A DNA stretch of 64,000 nt from Eubacteriales bacterium (GTDB lineage: Bacteria > Bacillota > Clostridia > Oscillospirales > SIG627): the NCBI GenBank assembly GCA_045631145.1, contig JAZQUE010000074.1, positions 3,065 to 67,064 of the forward strand, read 5' to 3'. The translations under genes and the position numbers were made by a program. Each line of letters begins with the position of its first letter. The first letter of the stretch is position 1. Below the pieces are notes generated by a model. The model was given only the letters and a program-made list of their open reading frames with translations, made no database searches and was not told the origin of the DNA. Shown here in pieces: positions 61,666-64,000 of this stretch.

Positions 61666-62838
61666 TCATTTCTTATCATTGCCTCCATTCAGATCAGGGA
61701 GGATTGTCGGTATTTTCTGCACCGCCGCCTGTTTGTTCTTGTCAAGGACTTTGGCGTATATCTGCGTTGTGGATAGCTCTCGGTGTCCGAGCAGTTTGCT
61801 GACAGTATAGATGTCTGTCCCCAAATCCAACATCATAACGGCAAACGTGTGCCGTCCACAATGGAACGAAATCTTCTTGTCGATACCTGCCCGCAGAACC
61901 CAATTCTGAATAGCCTTGTTGGTACAGTCAGGCGTATAGAGGTCATAGAACACGAGGTCGTCCGACTTGCCACGTTCGCCCATAAACTCAAGAGCCTGTG
62001 GTGTGATGTCGAGATATTCCTGTCCCTGTGTTTTCTTCTGTCGGAAGATGATACGGGTAAATTCCCCCTGTTGATGAACATCGCCCCAACGTAACCGCAC
62101 AACGTCGCTCCGACGCAGTCCTGTCAAGCAAGAGAACAGGAACGCCCGTTTCACACCCGCATACTCACATTCAGTATCGACGAGCTTTCGGAGTTCTTCA
62201 AGTGTCAGGTACATACGTGTTCCCTCCTCAGCCTTGAAGTTCTCCACGCCTCGACAGGGGTTGGTAGGAATTATCCTGTCCTCGAACGCCTGATTTAGAC
62301 AGGCTCGCAGCTTGTTGAAATACGAGAGCTTCGAGTTTCGGGACAGCGGCTTTTCCTTGACACGTTCCCTCTTGTCGTGAGCCCAAGCAATCGCCTTGTT
62401 GTCGAGGTAGTCTTTGAAGCCCTGAACCCATTCGGGCGTAATCTCCGCAAAGGTTATTTTCTCCCGTTTCTCATAAATGCGTAGGTGGTGCAGGCAGGAA
62501 TACCAATTCCCCCAATTACCTCGGCTCTCGGGTGTACCAAGTCGCTTTTCGCACATCATATTGTAATAATCGAAAAACAGGGTGTCAGTCGGGTATTCCG
62601 ACTTGAAACCAAACTCGCCGTTACGAAGCTCTACAATTCGTTTCGCCTTGATAGCTTCTGCGAGTTGCAGGGTTTCTTGGTTCTTCGCCTTGTCGGCTCT
62701 TGTACGCTCGGGAATGAGGTACATTTTCAGATACTCGTATGAACGCTGTCCGTTCAGGTAAATGTCGAGGTACAGAGATATGTTCCCCGTTGGTGTTTTC
62801 CGCTTTCGTAGGCGGATAGGTTCTTTAGATGTTCCCAT
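61666..62838 (-). CDS. int: tyrosine recombinase (phage integrase, Bacteroidota type with N-terminal arm-binding domain)
   Basis: ..RLRWGDV.., HCGRHTFAVMM and LLGHRELSTTQIYAKV give the catalytic R..H-x-x-R..Y set. ATG at 62838. Adjacent to attR. Confidence 0.85.
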   Translation of the reverse strand: MGTSKEPIRLRKRKTPTGNISLYLDIYLNGQRSYEYLKMYLIPERTRADKAKNQETLQLAEAIKAKRIVELRNGEFGFKSEYPTDTLFFDYYNMMCEKRLGTPESRGNWGNWYSCLHHLRIYEKREKITFAEITPEWVQGFKDYLDNKAIAWAHDKRERVKEKPLSRNSKLSYFNKLRACLNQAFEDRIIPTNPCRGVENFKAEEGTRMYLTLEELRKLVDTECEYAGVKRAFLFSCLTGLRRSDVVRLRWGDVHQQGEFTRIIFRQKKTQGQEYLDITPQALEFMGERGKSDDLVFYDLYTPDCTNKAIQNWVLRAGIDKKISFHCGRHTFAVMMLDLGTDIYTVSKLLGHRELSTTQIYAKVLDKNKQAAVQKIPTILPDLNGGNDKK

Positions 62839-62939
62839 TGATTTTGTTGCTTTTGTTGTCCGTAACCATTCGAGCAACAAAAGTACAACAAAATTGTAAT
62901 AACCTCCAAGTAACTTAAAACAAATTTCATCAAAAATAA

Positions 62940-62971
62940 AAGCGGCGTAAACCGTTGTGATTTAGCCGCTT
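62940..62971 (-). terminator. phage-borne terminator now serving the reconstituted mnmE
   Basis: Stem aagcggc(g)taaa / ttta(g)gccgctt, followed on the minus strand by TTATTTTTG. It lies on the phage side of the att core, about 55 nt after the mnmE stop. Confidence 0.55.
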
Positions 62972-63025
62972 ATTTGTTATTAGTTACTCCCAATTTACTT
63001 TGAGTTACTATGTCTATTTTGTTGA

Positions 63026-63044
63026 TTATTTCCCGATGCAAAAA
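63026..63044. repeat. attR-side direct repeat overlapping the functional mnmE stop codon
   Basis: ttatttcccgatgcaaaaa. The reverse complement reads TTT TGC ATC GGG AAA TAA. Confidence 0.8.
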
Positions 63045-64000
63045 TGCTTAAAAATATTCCCCAAAACATCTTCCACATCAAAAGCACCACCCACAATTTC
63101 AGCCAAATGTGACAAACACTCGCGTAAGTCTTGCGAAACGAAATCGCCGGAGAGGTTCATCAGCAATCCGTCCTGTACACGATGGATGGATTCTAAAGCA
63201 CGCACCAAGGCTTCGTAATGGCGTATGTTGGTGACAATCACATCGTTCTGAGAAATCTCGGGGAGGGCAGCGGTTTCTATCAAGAGGGCTTCCAGCTCGT
63301 CCAGTCCCTTGCGGTTCTTGGCTGAAAGGAAGAGCTTGGGGGCATCCACTTCTTGGAATGATTCATTCAACTCTTCACATCTTTCCGAAGAAACTTTGTC
63401 GCATTTGTTGAACAGAACGATGAGATTCTTTCCTTCGCAATGGGGGAGGATTTCGCTCTTCAAGGCTTCCCAATCCACTTCGCTATCCGAGTCAATCATC
63501 CAGAGCACGATGTCAGCTTGGCTCATCTTCTGGAAGGTGCGCTCGATGCCGATGCTTTCCACCACATCGGTGGTCTGACGGATACCGGCTGTATCGATGA
63601 AACGGAAGGTGATGCCACGAAGGTTAATGGTATCTTCGATCACGTCGCGGGTGGTACCGTGGATATCGCTTACGATGGCTTTTTCTTCGTTCAGAAGGGC
63701 GTTGAGAAGGGTAGACTTACCGGCATTCGTTTCGCCGATAATGGCCACAGGAACCCCGTTCTTGATCGCATTCCCCACATTGAATGAATGGGCCAATCGG
63801 GCGATGACGCGTTCGATTTCATCGGCTATCTGCGAAAGTTCGGTACGGTCGGCAAACTCCAGTTCCTCGTGGTCGCTGAAGTCGAGTTCGAGTTCCATTA
63901 AAGACGTGAGGTGCAATAACTTGTCGCGCAATAGTGACAACTCCTTGCTGAATCCGCCACGCATCTGGTTCATGGCCATCCGGTGGGTTGCTGTTGAGGT
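63026..64000 (-). CDS. mnmE: tRNA modification GTPase MnmE (TrmE), 5' end beyond the window
   Basis: G domain motifs GETNAGKSTLLNALL, DTAGIR and NKCD, plus the C-terminal CIGK motif. The frame stays open to nt 64000. Confidence 0.9.
   Translation of the reverse strand, partial: TSTATHRMAMNQMRGGFSKELSLLRDKLLHLTSLMELELDFSDHEELEFADRTELSQIADEIERVIARLAHSFNVGNAIKNGVPVAIIGETNAGKSTLLNALLNEEKAIVSDIHGTTRDVIEDTINLRGITFRFIDTAGIRQTTDVVESIGIERTFQKMSQADIVLWMIDSDSEVDWEALKSEILPHCEGKNLIVLFNKCDKVSSERCEELNESFQEVDAPKLFLSAKNRKGLDELEALLIETAALPEISQNDVIVTNIRHYEALVRALESIHRVQDGLLMNLSGDFVSQDLRECLSHLAEIVGGAFDVEDVLGNIFKHFCIGK

Larger units (their letters stand above)
12497..63044. mobile_element. integrated temperate tailed phage (about 50.5 kb) in the 3' end of mnmE
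   Basis: Bounded by the 18-nt direct repeats. Integrase lies at the mnmE-proximal end. Complete lysogeny, replication, packaging, head, tail and lysis modules sit between them. Confidence 0.85.

Overview
Bacteroidota-type chromosomal segment in four parts. Calls rest on promoter boxes of the TAnnTTTG type, the integrase type and protein motifs read by eye; no database search was possible.

(1) nt 1-11,581: a visibly AT-rich, tightly packed six-gene plus-strand operon, with its first gene cut by the window edge.
- Its last two genes are a 1342-aa SF2/DEAH helicase with an embedded zinc ribbon and a 725-aa DUF1998-type protein. This is the DrmA/DrmB pair that defines DISARM.
- They are preceded by an 802-aa unknown in the DrmE position, a NERD-nuclease/P-loop helicase fusion and two unknowns.
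- No methyltransferase or PLD gene is visible. This is either a partial view of DISARM or a new helicase+DUF1998 defence architecture.

(2) nt 11.6-12.5 kb: a junction holding an IS21-family istA N-terminal remnant and the orphaned original 3' end plus terminator of mnmE.

(3) nt 12,497-63,044: a prophage of about 50.5 kb integrated into the last codons of mnmE. It is bounded by 18-nt direct repeats (17/18 identical), with a tyrosine integrase next to the reconstituted gene. It carries:
- a lysis cassette and siphovirus-like tail and head genes;
- a diversity-generating retroelement: an RT interrupted by a 1-nt frameshift, a 109-nt TR, and VR1 in a tail-fibre-like protein;
- a second, remote VR2 about 35 kb away, inside a 191-aa early-region protein between recT and the yqaJ-type exonuclease;
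- an initiator-like tRNA-Met;
- a MuF/ADP-ribosyltransferase fusion;
- a plus-strand accessory block that splits the late operon;
- a MetK / ParB-DNA methyltransferase / AdoMetDC-like SAM module in front of the terminase;
- a replication and recombination module;
- a triple CI-type HTH lysogeny module.
- Two families of repeated regulatory motifs and a duplicated iteron-like element are visible directly in the DNA.

(4) nt 63,026-64,000: the 3' part of mnmE.

Most interesting: the remote DGR target in the early operon, the methylase-less DrmAB-like operon, and the SAM module.
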